16,008 bases of DNA from Candidatus Burkholderia verschuerenii. Lineage in GTDB: Bacteria > Pseudomonadota > Gammaproteobacteria > Burkholderiales > Burkholderiaceae. The first letter of the stretch is position 1. Every line of letters begins with the position of its first letter. The stretch spans positions 1-16,008 of the forward strand of contig NZ_LFJJ01000125.1 in the NCBI RefSeq assembly GCF_001189365.1, given 5' to 3'. Made by a program: the position numbers and the translations under genes. Shown here piece after piece: positions 1 through 9,385 of the stretch. The notes beneath the pieces are model-generated. The model worked only from the letters and a program-made list of their open reading frames with translations, had not been told where the DNA came from and made no database searches.

Positions 1-50
1 AGCTCAACGTCATGCCTCAACCTCTACTCGTGCGCTGCAGACCTGGCTGA

Positions 51-449
51 GATGTGCGTTTACGTCTGCACCAGACTGCGTCGTTGGGTCCATTCCGGCA
101 AATTCAATTTTGCAGGCCAGACTACTTCATTGTGATGACGCACGATCACTCGCTGGACTTTTCGCTCACGCAACGCATCATGCGACGCGAGGACTTTGCG
201 TACTTCGGGCTGATCGGCTCGAAGACGAAGCGCGTGAAGTTCGAGCGGCGTCTGATCGAGCGCGGCGTCGCGGCGGATCGGTTGCCCGAGATCACCTGTC
301 CGATCGGCGTGGAAGGTATCGTCGATAAGGCGCCGTGGTCGATCGCGCTGGCGGTGACGGCGCAACTGCTGCGCGTGCGGGAGATGACGGCGCGGATGGG
401 TGCGCCGTCGATGAATCGCAGCCGCGTGCTTACTGCTGCTGCACGTTGA
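51..449 (+). CDS. xdhC: XdhC/CoxI-family xanthine dehydrogenase accessory protein, 3' portion; gene begins upstream of the window; in-frame TGA at 48-50
   Basis: Translation ...DYFIVMTHDHSLDFSLTQRIMRREDFAYFGLIGSKTKRVKFERRLIERGV..CPIGVEGI..KAPWSIALAVTAQLL matches the conserved XdhC C-terminal core (THDHxLD, GxIGSxxK, CPIGL). The same frame carries TGA at 48-50, so the ORF track begins at a GTG at 54. The stop is at 447-449 and overlaps the convergent SPFH gene by 20 nt. Confidence 0.6.
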   Translation, partial: DVRLRLHQTASLGPFRQIQFCRPDYFIVMTHDHSLDFSLTQRIMRREDFAYFGLIGSKTKRVKFERRLIERGVAADRLPEITCPIGVEGIVDKAPWSIALAVTAQLLRVREMTARMGAPSMNRSRVLTAAAR

Positions 450-1311
450 GGAACGGCACCGGCGCGCCCGCGCCGAGATAAGTCGGCAGCGCGCCGTTCC
501 ATTTGTTGATCGCCTGCAAGCGCAGATATTGCTCGCCGCCGTTCGTCTTCACGGCCTGCGCCTGAATCGCGATCGATTCCGCTTCGCCGCGCGCCTTTTC
601 GATCTGCTGCTCGGCTTCGAACTTCACGCGCTGCAACTCGCGCTCGGCCTGCTCCGCGCGCTGGCTCGCGGTGACTTTCGCTTCGATCGCGGCATCGAAG
701 GCCTGACTGAACTTGAAGTTCGTCATGTTGATGTCCTGAATCAACAGCCTGTAACCCTGCAGCTTCGTGCGCAATCCAGCCAGAATGCCTTCCGACACCT
801 GCTGGCGCTTCGTCACGAGTTCCTCCGCCGTGTAGTGCGCGACCACCGACTTGAAGACTTCGAACATCGCGGGCTGAACGTAGCTCGCTTCGTATTCGAG
901 CGTCGGCGAATTGCGATACAGCGCGATCACGTGCGCCGGATCGACGCGATAGTTCATCGTCAGATCGGTATGCACCGACTGCAAGTCTTTCGACGCGGCC
1001 TGCGCGCCCGTGATGCGCGCGACATCGAGCCCGACGAACACTTCATGCACTTTCGCCACCGGCGAAACCAGATGCGGGCCTTCGGCGAGCGTCTCGGCCT
1101 CGACATGTCCCCACGTCGTGACGACGCCGATCTTCGACGACGACACTTGCGTGAAGCACGCGGACAGCGCCGCGATCGCCGCGACCGCGACGCCCGTGCC
1201 GATCACCGTCGGCACATGGACCGCGTGCTTCGGCGTGCGTTTCGACATGAAGAAGACGACCGCCGCCATGGCGACGAGCGCCGGCAACGCGATGAGAACG
1301 ATCGGGCCCAT
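430..1311 (-). CDS. SPFH/band-7 (prohibitin-family) membrane protein
   Basis: ATG at 1311 is preceded by AAGGA 6 nt upstream. N-terminal hydrophobic segment MGPIVLIALPALVAMAAVVFF, then an SPFH core (KIGVVTTWGHV...LQSVHTDLTMNYRVDPAHVIALYRN...) and a coiled-coil C-terminus rich in A/E/Q/R. The gene lies inside a 652-aa stop-free ORF (430..2388) that is an artefact of GC-rich read-through. Confidence 0.8.
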   Translation of the reverse strand: MGPIVLIALPALVAMAAVVFFMSKRTPKHAVHVPTVIGTGVAVAAIAALSACFTQVSSSKIGVVTTWGHVEAETLAEGPHLVSPVAKVHEVFVGLDVARITGAQAASKDLQSVHTDLTMNYRVDPAHVIALYRNSPTLEYEASYVQPAMFEVFKSVVAHYTAEELVTKRQQVSEGILAGLRTKLQGYRLLIQDINMTNFKFSQAFDAAIEAKVTASQRAEQAERELQRVKFEAEQQIEKARGEAESIAIQAQAVKTNGGEQYLRLQAINKWNGALPTYLGAGAPVPFLNVQQQ

Positions 1312-1469
1312 TTTGATGTCCTTTTCGATTGAGGGCTGAAGCCGTTCCGGCCCCTCCGGAACGTGCGAGCGTTTATTGTGCAGCGCACTCGCGTAGGAAT
1401 GTTGGAAGTGTGGGTGCGGGAAAACGAAGGGTATGGATGCTGGCGCACGCATGCACGGCGAAGAACGGT

Positions 1470-2388
1470 TCAGGTCAGACCGTTCGCCACGCGAAACCGT
1501 CCCGGCGCGACGCCGTACAGTTCCTTGAACCGCTTGGAAAACGCCGCTTCGGATTGGTAACCGACATCCGCCGCCACATCGGCGATGCTCTTTTTGGTGT
1601 GCGTGAGCATGGTGCTGGCGAGCTGCATCCGCACATGGCCGAGCAGCGCGAGCGGCGAACTGTCGGAATGCGCGGAGAACGCCCGCATGTAGGTGGCGCA
1701 CGACATTGCCGCTTCCCTGGCGAGCAATTCCAGCCGTCCACGGTTCGGCGGGCCGCTCCAGCATCGCGATGATCGACGCGCCCAGCCACCGGTTGGCCAG
1801 CAGCGCGAGCACGCCCGCGACCGACGGCTGTTCGGCGAGCCACGCGCGCAGCACCATCGTGAAGAGCGCGGTCGATAGCGCGGTGATGATCGACGGCGCG
1901 CCGAGTTGCGCTTCGTCGGCTTCGCGACGCATCGCGCCGATCAGCGCGGCGAGATAAGGCGCCGAGGCATCCGAAAACGAGACGTGGACGACATCGGGCA
2001 GGACATCGATCAGCAAGGCGCGCGGCGCGTACAGAAAACGTCCGCAGAGCAGATCGAGTTCCGCCGCGCGGCCGTCGACGCAATTGCTTTTCAGGGTAAT
2101 CGTGCCTTGCGGCTGCTTGCGCACCGCGACCGCCTCCTCATCCGCCGATGCCGTCGCGACGCTCAGCACATGCGCATCGCCGCGCGGCAGCACGAAGATA
2201 TCGCCCGCGTTCAGCGTGAGCGTCGGCCGGCCCTTGCGCGCGACGAAGCACGTTCCGGCCAGCACGACGTGAAACACCGCTTCGCCGGCGGGCGCGTGAT
2301 CCAGTTCCAGCGGACCGCGCAACAGACAGCGCAGATCGAGCGCGCCGGAAAGATTCGCGAGTTGGAGCAGACGGTCGAGAGCGTCCAT
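1470..2388 (-). pseudogene. AraC-family transcriptional regulator (cupin N-domain + HTH), disrupted by a frameshift near 1733-1737
   Basis: The N-terminal cupin/AraC-binding domain (MDALDRLLQ...GDIFVLPRGDAHVL...) reads in the 430..2388 frame down to ...RPAEPWT. The C-terminal AraC HTH (LLAREAAMSCATYMRAFSAHSDSSPLALLGHVRMQLASTMLTHTKKSIADVAADVGYQSEAAFSKRFKELYGVAPGRF) reads in the frame of ORF 1470..1727. Removing one G from acGGctgg restores a continuous PWT-LELLAREAAMS. Confidence 0.8.
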
Positions 2389-2441
2389 CGGGCGGTCGGC
2401 TTAGGAAAAGGGTCCGTCCAGATAATAGCGGAGAACAGGCG

Positions 2442-3427
2442 CTATTCGGTGACCGTATCGACGTCGCTTTCCTCGCCCGATGCCGTGACGGCGCGCTTGC
2501 GCGTCAGCGACGCCGACACGCTCGACATCAGTTCGCGCAGCCACGCGACATCGGTCGGCTGCTCGGGCTGCGGCAGTGACAGCTGATAGCACTTGATGCG
2601 CGGAAACGGCACCAGCGAGTCCATCACCGCGAGCGGCAGCATCGACGCGTAATGCTGCGCGAAGCGGCGCGGCGCGGTGAAGATCAGATCGGATTGCAGC
2701 AGCACCTGCGGCACCAGCCCGAAGTAGGGGATCGTCGTCACGATGCGCCGTTCGATGCCCGCGCGCGCCAGCCCTACGTCGATCGGATGCCGCTTGCCGC
2801 CGCTGTACGGCGTCGGCGCGAGATGCGCGGCGCGCGCGTAGCGTTCGACCGTCAGCGGTTCGCGCGTGAGCGGATGATCGGCGCGCATCAGGCAGACGAA
2901 AACATCCGCGAACAAATCCTGCCGGTCGAAACGCGGTTCCGGCTTGGCTTGGTCCAGTTGGCGACCACCATCAGATCGATCTCGCCTTCGTCGAGCGCGC
3001 GTTCGTGATCGCGCATCGGATTCAGCGATTCGATTTCCAGACGCGCGTTCGGCGCGGCATCGCGGAAAGCGGCGACCAGCGTCGGCATGAAGAAACCATT
3101 GAGGTAATCCGGCGCGGCGACGCGGAACGTGCGGCGCGAACTGGCGGCGTCGAAATCGCCGTGCGGCGTCGCGACGAATTCGACTTCCCGCAAGGCGTGC
3201 TGGGCGGGCGCGAGCAGCGATTCGCCGTATTCGGTCGGCACCATGCCCTGTTTGCCGCGCACGAGAATGGGATCGCCGAGAATCTCGCGCAGCCGCCGCA
3301 GCGCCGTGCTGATCGCCGGTTGCGTCTGGTTCAGCCGCTGCGCCGTCTGCGTGACGCTGCTCTCGAGCAAAAGCGTCCGCAGCACGCGGATGAGCCAGAT
3401 ATCGAGTGAGTCGGCGGGGTCGGTCAT
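2442..3427 (-). pseudogene. LysR-family transcriptional regulator, disrupted by a 5-bp tandem duplication (frameshift) near 2941-2952
   Basis: The N-terminal HTH (MTDPADSLDIWLIRVLRTLLLESSVTQTAQRLNQTQPAISTALRRLREILGDPILVRGK...) is in the frame of ORF 2888..3484. The C-terminal substrate-binding domain (..EPRFDRQDLFADVFVCLMRADHPL...VTTIPYFGLVPQVLLQSDLIFTAPRRFA...) is in the frame of ORF 2442..3497. The junction sequence ggcttggcttgg (minus strand aagccaagcc) is a GGCTT x2 repeat. Deleting one copy gives W-T-K-P-E-P-R-F-D in frame. Confidence 0.8.
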
Positions 3428-3666
3428 ATCGGTCGAACGATGGAAAACGGATGGCCGCCGACCTTTGCCGACCTGCGCGCCCACATCTCACGGACACAAT
3501 GCGCGCGCGGACGAAGCGTGCGATCGCACGTCGTCCGTCAACAAATAGTCACACAGCCTGATGCGAGGTTAAACGCTTTCCGCCATCCGGCCCATAGCGC
3601 ACGCCCTATGCACGGCATTACCGGCGCGCGTCGGTCGGCTTGCCGCCACGTTTGCGCCACGTTGCG

Positions 3667-4311
3667 TCAGGTGAAATCGGCGTCGCGCGGGGCCATCGGC
3701 AGATTGCTGATGCGCTTGACCTCGGCGGCTTCCGGCCAGTTCGGCGAACGCGCGACGTACAGGACCATCGGCAAGGTGTCCTCGCCCCAGAAAATCTGCT
3801 CGTTGACGACGAAAGTCGGCACGCCGAACACGCCCAGCGAGACGGCGCGCTCGTTGTTGTCGCGCAGACGCGTCTTGATGTCGTCGTCCTCGATGCGCTG
3901 GACCGCATCCGGCAGGCCGACGCGCTGGCACAAATCGGCGAAACCTTCCACCGACGAGCAATCGCGCCCTTCGCGCCAGATATAGCGAAAAATTTCGCGC
4001 ACGACGTGGATATCGCCTTCCGCGAGCACGGCCAGGCGCAGCGCCTTGTTCGGATCGAACGGATGCACGGGCGGCATCTTGAACGGAATGCCGAGCTGTT
4101 CGGCGCGGAACAGCGCGTGCCGGTACGTGAAGATGCGTTTCGACGGAATCGTGGTGGCGTGCGGCTGGCCCCAGCGGTCGAGCAGCTTCATCAACTGGAT
4201 CGGCGTCAGCGCGAACGGCATGTCGGGCCATTTGTCGTGCTGTTCCAGCAGCAGATACGAGAACGGCGAGATGAAATCGAAAAAGAAATACGGTTAACCG
4301 GGGCCGCTCAT
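3667..4311 (-). pseudogene. 2-hydroxychromene-2-carboxylate isomerase / DsbA-like thioredoxin-fold protein with an in-frame TAA at codon 6
   Basis: ATG at 4311 is preceded by a strong RBS (AAGGGAGAAACCAAC-ATG). Translation is MSGPG*PYFFFDFISPFSYLLLEQHDKWPDMPFALTP...GVFGVPTFVVNEQIFWGEDTLPMV. It contains the conserved FDFxSPFSY N-terminal active-site motif and the C-terminal GVPTFVV..FWG.D motif of the HCCA-isomerase/DsbA family. TAA at 4294-4296 (minus) lies inside the palindrome CGGTTAACCG (4291-4300). Confidence 0.75.
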
Positions 4312-4507
4312 GTTGGTTTCTCCCTTCCCTGGGCCGCGTCTGGGCCTCATCGTGTGCTCGCCTGTCGCTGTTGGGTCGATGCCGGACGTTTCCATCCGCC
4401 GTTCTATGGATATTACGTGTTGCGCTGCTTACGTGCTGCCTTGTTCCGCTCCGGCCTTCGATCGGCTCGCTGCGTTTGTCACCGATCCCGCCGCCGATTC
4501 CGTCGCC

Positions 4508-5863
4508 GATATGTTCGCGTAGCACGTAAAACTGATCGGCGAAGGCGAGCGGCATCTTCATCCGGTTCACCGACGTTTCGATCGCGTCGATGCGCTCGAG
4601 CAGCGCGTCGCGCTGCGACGTGTCCGGGCCGCTGATGGCTTCGCGCTCGATCGCGATCAGCGCGCCGTACCAGCGATAGATCCGCGATTTCATCCGCCAT
4701 CGGTATAGCCCCGGCACCAGCCGCAAGCCCGGAATCAGCACGACGATCAGCGGCACCAGCACGACCAGCACGCGATCGGCGAGACTCGCGAGCCAGAACG
4801 GCAGCGTGCGGTACAGAAAGCTCTTGCCCGACTTGTAATAGCGCTCGGCGTTGTCGCTGATGCGGAATTCGTGGGCGAGCGGCGCGGGAAACTCGTTCGC
4901 GCGCTGCAGCAGGTTGGCGCGGCTGTGCACTTCGCGGGCGGCTTCGATCAGCAAGTCGGAGAGCGCCGGATGCAGGCTGTCGCGGGCGACGAGTTCGGCC
5001 GTCGGCGCGATCGTATGCACCGGATGCGGCGGCAGATTGCGGGCGAAGTCGAACGCGCCCATCGGGAAATCGATGGTCGTTAGATACGGGAAGCGGCGCG
5101 CGTAGGCATCGGCCTGCGCGAAATCCATGAAACGCACGCCGGGCGTGCGCAGCAGCTTGGCCATCGTCGGCGGTTGGGCGGAATCGCCGGTCAGGAACAC
5201 GGCGTCGGCCTTGTCGGTTTCCAGCGCATCGGCGGCGGCGTCGCCGGCGAGCGGCAGCAAAGGCGTATCGCCGCCCGGCTCGATGCCGTTCGCCTTCAGC
5301 AATTGCAGCGACAACACCCGCGTGCCGCTGCCTTCCGCGCCGATCGCGAGCCGCTTGCCCTTCAGTTCCGACAGACGCGTGACCGGCGCGCCGCGATAAA
5401 ACACCGCGAGCGGCACATACGACACGCTGCCGAGCGATTCGAGATGATCGTGCGGGGTGCCGGGCTGCGTCATCCCGCCCTGCACGAAGCCGACGTCGAC
5501 ATCGGAATGCGAATCTTCCAGACGCGTGAGGTTATCGAGCGAGCCTTGCGTCTCCAGCACGTTGAGCGTGACGCGGTTGCGCGCGAGGATCGCCTTGTAC
5601 TTCTGCGCGCTGTTCCAGAAGAAGCTGCCTTTCGGGCCGGCCGCGATGGTCAGCGTATCGGGCGGCGCGGGCTGGATCAGCCGCACGGCGACCCACAGCG
5701 CGACGATGCAGACGAGGAGAATCGGGCCGAAGGTAAGCGCGAGATCGCGCCAGGAGATCGCCACGAAGCGGGCGACGATCTTCGGCTGGGGCCGGCGCCG
5801 CTGGCCGTGTTCCGGACCGTCGGACGGACGCGGTTCCGGTTCGCTTCCTGAGGGCTGGGTCAT
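4508..5863 (-). CDS. TAXI-family TRAP transporter solute receptor, membrane-anchored; the homology-supported part is given and the 3' end/stop is not resolved
   Basis: ATG at 5863. Cytoplasmic N-tail, TM helix (LTFGPILLVCIVALWVAVRLI), periplasmic TAXI/Imp-like domain (TIAAGPKGSFFWNSAQKYKAIL...KRLAIGAEGSGTRVLSLQLLKANGIE...), and two C-terminal TM helices (LPFWLASLADRVLVVLVPLIVVLIPGL...). The frame stays open through 4508 (..FYVLREHI) and continues with no stop down to 3569, across the next gene. The native stop therefore appears lost or shifted. Confidence 0.7.
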
Positions 5864-6443
5864 CTCCCGCGAGCTTACCCGAACACGGCGCGCGGTCGCG
5901 GCCCGCCGCGCGCCATGCCGTCGATGGTACATGACTCGCGGCCGCCGGCTTGAGCGATGCGCGGCGCGTCGGGCGAGTATGACAGCCATGTGTTGAAGCG
6001 GCCGGCATTGTTGCGCGCATGCGGACCGATCGTCGCCGGATGTTAAAAGTTTTGCGCTAATGGCCGCGCTGGGCTAAATTGACGTTCGCCGCTTCATGTC
6101 AGGCAAGCATCACGAAACACAGGCATCGCGCCTGAAGCAGAATAAGAGACACAGAAACGAGCCGACGGGCGCAGCGCCCGGTCAAATCGGCCGATGTTTG
6201 TTCATTCGCCAGCCTCTCGCAGTACCGCATCGCAGCAACGGCCGTTTCGACAGTTCGTTTGCCGCCGCGTGCCGGGCCCATTGTGGCCGGCGCGCGACCG
6301 CGGTTGGCCCGCGCCATCGTGCCGGGTCGGCCGCCGCTGCGTGCGGTCCGTTTTGAAGTGCACAAGGAAAGCAAAAACCGAAAGTGCAAAGCGAGCGAAG
6401 TAGCAACTGTGCGAAGTCAACAAACGTATCAAAAGGAGAAACC

Positions 6444-6812
6444 ATGAAAGCCGTCGATCTGTTGAAGGCGCTGGGCCTGGCGTTGTGCGTGACGGTGGCA
6501 TCGAGTGCGTATGCCCAGTCGAGCGACGCGGCCGCCACCGATTCCACCGCTGCGCCGACCAAGGCGCAGAAATCCACGACCAAGAAGGCCGATCGCAAGC
6601 TCGGCTACGACGTTCGCCGCGCGCTGTCGAAGGCGCAGGGCTTCGATGTGTCCAATGTCTTCGTGCGCTCGCGCGGCGGTGCGGTGACCCTGACGGGCAC
6701 GGTGCCGGAAGGCGGCCAGATCGCTCAAGCGGGTGAAGTCGCCAAGGGCGTGGCGGGCGTGACGTCGGTGAGCAACAAGCTCACGCTCGGCACGCAAGGT
6801 GGCGGCCAGTAA
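6444..6812 (+). CDS. BON-domain periplasmic protein (OsmY-like), secreted
   Basis: RBS AGGAG 5 nt upstream of ATG 6444. Signal peptide MKAVDLLKALGLALCVTVASSAYA|Q, a Lys/Thr-rich linker, and a C-terminal BON domain (LGYDVRRALSKAQGFDVSNVFVRSRGGAVTLTGTVPEGGQIAQAGEVAKGVAGVTSVSNKLTL). Confidence 0.85.
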   Translation: MKAVDLLKALGLALCVTVASSAYAQSSDAAATDSTAAPTKAQKSTTKKADRKLGYDVRRALSKAQGFDVSNVFVRSRGGAVTLTGTVPEGGQIAQAGEVAKGVAGVTSVSNKLTLGTQGGGQ

Positions 6813-6927
6813 GCGAGGCCGGAGGTCCGTCCGGCCGCGCGGGTGCGGCCACGCGATCGGGTGGCCGGGTTCCGGCGTGTCCGGTGCGTGACGAGCTCGC
6901 ACATCGCCCGAATGATGCGGGTTCCTA

Positions 6928-6964
6928 AACGGGTTCCGGTTTGCGCCGGAGCCCGTTTTCGTTT
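6928..6964 (+). terminator. Rho-independent terminator downstream of the BON-domain gene
   Basis: AACGGGTTCCGG-tttgcg-CCGGAGCCCGTT forms a 12-bp stem with one mismatch. It is followed by the T-rich stretch ttcgttt. Confidence 0.55.
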
Positions 6965-7147
6965 ATCCGTTCGATTGCCCTGATTTGCCGCGCGTGCCAG
7001 CGAAACTAAGGAGTGTCGAGAAGCGACAGGCGGACGATTCGGCGCAATACTCGCTCTGCTGCGTTTGTTGTACGTTCGTAATGCATTCGATGGCGTTGGA
7101 GTTGGCGTTCGATTCGATGATTCGGCAACCGATGGCGGAGACACACA

Positions 7148-9269
7148 ATGACAAGATTCGCGCGGATCCAGACTCTCAGGCGACAGGCGACGACCCTCGC
7201 GCTGCTCGCGACAGCAGCCACCTTCGCCGGATGCCACGGCGGTGACGACAACAGCGGCCCGCCGACCAACACCCTGCCGAGCTTCGTTTCCGGCTCGGTG
7301 AAGATTCAAAGCTACGACGGCAACACCGACGACTTGCTGACCGCCGGCCTCGGCAAGAGCGGACTGGCGTCGTCGACGGCGCCGGCCATCGCCAATGCGA
7401 CGTCGCCGACGGCGGCCGAATTGCGACGCCTCGCGATCTACTCGAACTATCGCGCGCTCGTCGACATGACGGCGAACGGCGGCTACGGGCGCTTCTGGGG
7501 GCCGAACGTCGATCTGAACGGCAACGACACGCTCGGCGAAGGCAAGATCGCCGGCAAGGAATATCTCGCCTACGCCGACGATGGCAGCGGCAATCTCAAC
7601 GTCAGTCTGATGGTACAGATTCCGTCGAGCTTCAACGCGGATCAGCCGTGCATCGTCACGGCGACGTCGTCGGGCTCGCGCGGCATTTACGGCGCGATAT
7701 CGGCGGCGGGCGAATGGGGACTCAAGCGCGGCTGCGCGGTCGCCTACACCGACAAGGGCAGCGGCAACGGCGCGCAGAATCTCACGACCAATCTCGTCAC
7801 GCTGATCGACGGCACGCTGTCCAACGCGACGCTCGCGGGCAATACGGCGATCTTCAAGGCGAACGTGAGCAGCGCGGCGCTGGCGTCGTACAACGCGAGC
7901 TTGCCGGCGCGTTACGCGTTCAAGCATGCGCATTCGCAGCAGAATCCGGAGAAGGACTGGGGCAAGAACACCTTGCAGGCGATCCAGTTCGCCTACTGGG
8001 CGCTCAACGATACCTACGGCGCGCTCAACAACGGCTCGACGCATGCCGTGCGCTACGAGAAAGGCGGCATCACGACGATCGCGGCATCGGTCAGCAACGG
8101 CGGCGGGGCATCGCTGGCGGCGGCCGAGCAGGATACCGACGGCTGGATCACGGCGGTCGTGGTCGGCGAGCCGCAGATCAACCTCAATCTGCCGTCGCAG
8201 GTGGCGGTGTACGAGGGCAACACGCCGGTCGGCTCGTTCGGGCGGCCGCTCGCCGACTACATGAGCCTCGCGAATCTGCTGCAACCGTGCGCGGCGCTGG
8301 CGCCGGCGGCGGCCAACGCGCCGAATCTGAGCGCCTTGCCGGTCGCGACGACCGCGGCGATCCGCACGGCGCGATGCGCGTCGCTGGCGCTGGGCGGCGT
8401 GATCGGCGGTGGCGATACCACGACGCAGGCCAACAACGCGCTGGCGGCGCTGCATCAGGCGGGCTACGAAGCCGATTCCGACACGCTGCACGCGCCGATG
8501 TGGGACTCGCAGGCCGTTGCCCGCCGTCGCCGTGACTTACGCCGACGCGTACATGAAGGCCAGCGTCGTCGATAACCTGTGCAACTTCAGCTTCGGCACG
8601 ACCAATCCGGCGACCGGCGCGGCGGGCGTGACGCCGCTGATTTCGCCGATGCCGACGGTCTTCGGCAACGGCAACGGCGTGCCGCCGACCAACGGCATCA
8701 ATCTGGTCTACAACGCGGGAACGAGCGGCGCGGCGGATCATCGTCTGGCGACGGCCGATGCCAGTTTCACCGGCGCGGCTTGTCTGCGCGAACTATGGAC
8801 GACCGGCAATCCGACGATGGCGGCGAGCGTCAACGCGATCCGCGTGAACGCCAATCTGCGCGGCAAGCCGGCGATCATCGTGCAGGGGCGCTCGGACGCG
8901 CTCGTGCCGATCAACCATGCGTCGCGTCCGTATCTCGGCGCGAACCGGATGGCGGAGGGCAGCAAGAGCCAGTTGTCGCTCTACGAGATCATGAACGGTC
9001 AGCACTTCGACGCGTTTCTGGGCGTGGCCGGTTTCGATACGCGCTTCATTCCGGTCCACTATTACAACCTTCAGGCGCTGAACCTGATGTGGGCGCATCT
9101 GAAGAACAACGCGCCGCTGCCGCCGTCGCAGGTGGTGCGCGCGGTCGCGCGTGGCGGCTCGCCGAGTGCCGCGCCCGCGCTGACGACGGCGAATCTGCCG
9201 GCGATCGCGGCCAGTCCGGGCGCGAATGCGATTCTGGTGAATGGCGGGGTGGTGAACGTGCCGAGGTGA
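7148..9269 (+). pseudogene. D-(-)-3-hydroxybutyrate oligomer hydrolase (PhaZ2/PhaY-type), lipoprotein; frameshift near 8515-8525
   Basis: GGAG sits 7 nt upstream of ATG 7148. Lipoprotein signal with lipobox LALLATAATFAG|C. The N-terminal 475 aa (ORF 7148..8575) match 3HB-oligomer hydrolase: LLTAGLGKSGL, ELRRLAIYSNYRALVDMTANGGYG, CIVTATSSGSRGIYGAI..EWGLKRGCAVAYTDKG, and the lipase-box-like ASVSNGGG. The C-terminal 250 aa continue in ORF 8409..9269 (PAVAVTYADAYMKASVVDNLCNFSFGTT...). The frame switch sits in caggccgttgCCCgccgtcgccgtg. Deleting one C gives ..DSQAVAAVAVTYADAY.. in frame. Confidence 0.8.
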
Positions 9270-9385
9270 GGGGCGTACCTTATGCCAAAAACTGGCGCCG
9301 TTGAAGTGTTTTACGCTGATATTGGCGGACGATAAGCAACTAAAGAGGCATAGACGATGCAGGCGCGAACAACGACAATGGTCGT

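Noticed and set aside
529-1332. 267-aa plus-strand ORF and other R-rich ORFs (1329..1772, 1906..2586, 3005..3409, 3640..4635, 5174..5851, 7648..8535, 8579..9304, 10913..11614)
   Set aside because: All overlap strongly supported genes on the opposite strand or in another frame. They have Arg/Gly/Asp-rich compositions typical of GC3-driven spurious ORFs.
1343-1363. Hairpin CGTTCCGG-cccct-CCGGAACG between AraC and SPFH
   Set aside because: It could be an AraC terminator or an SPFH 5'-UTR structure. It has no U-tract on the minus strand, so function cannot be assigned from sequence alone.
1475-2083. 202-aa minus-strand ORF overlapping the AraC gene
   Set aside because: This is the third frame of the AraC locus. 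It has no homology-like features. The real AraC occupies the other two frames on either side of the frameshift.
1312-2388. Apparent fusion of the AraC N-domain to the SPFH protein in one 652-aa ORF (430..2388)
   Set aside because: The AraC HTH continues in another frame and ends at 1470. The SPFH gene has its own RBS and ATG at 1311. The intervening residues are stop-free non-coding read-through.
6360-6443. GTGC(A/G)AAG-like short repeats upstream of the BON-domain gene
   Set aside because: The repeats are too short and degenerate to call a regulatory site. They may simply reflect an A-rich leader.
6725-8491. 588-aa ORF on the minus strand
   Set aside because: It is antisense to the well-supported 3HB-oligomer hydrolase. 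It has an Arg/Ala-rich low-complexity translation with no RBS. This is the typical stop-poor antisense frame of a high-GC gene.
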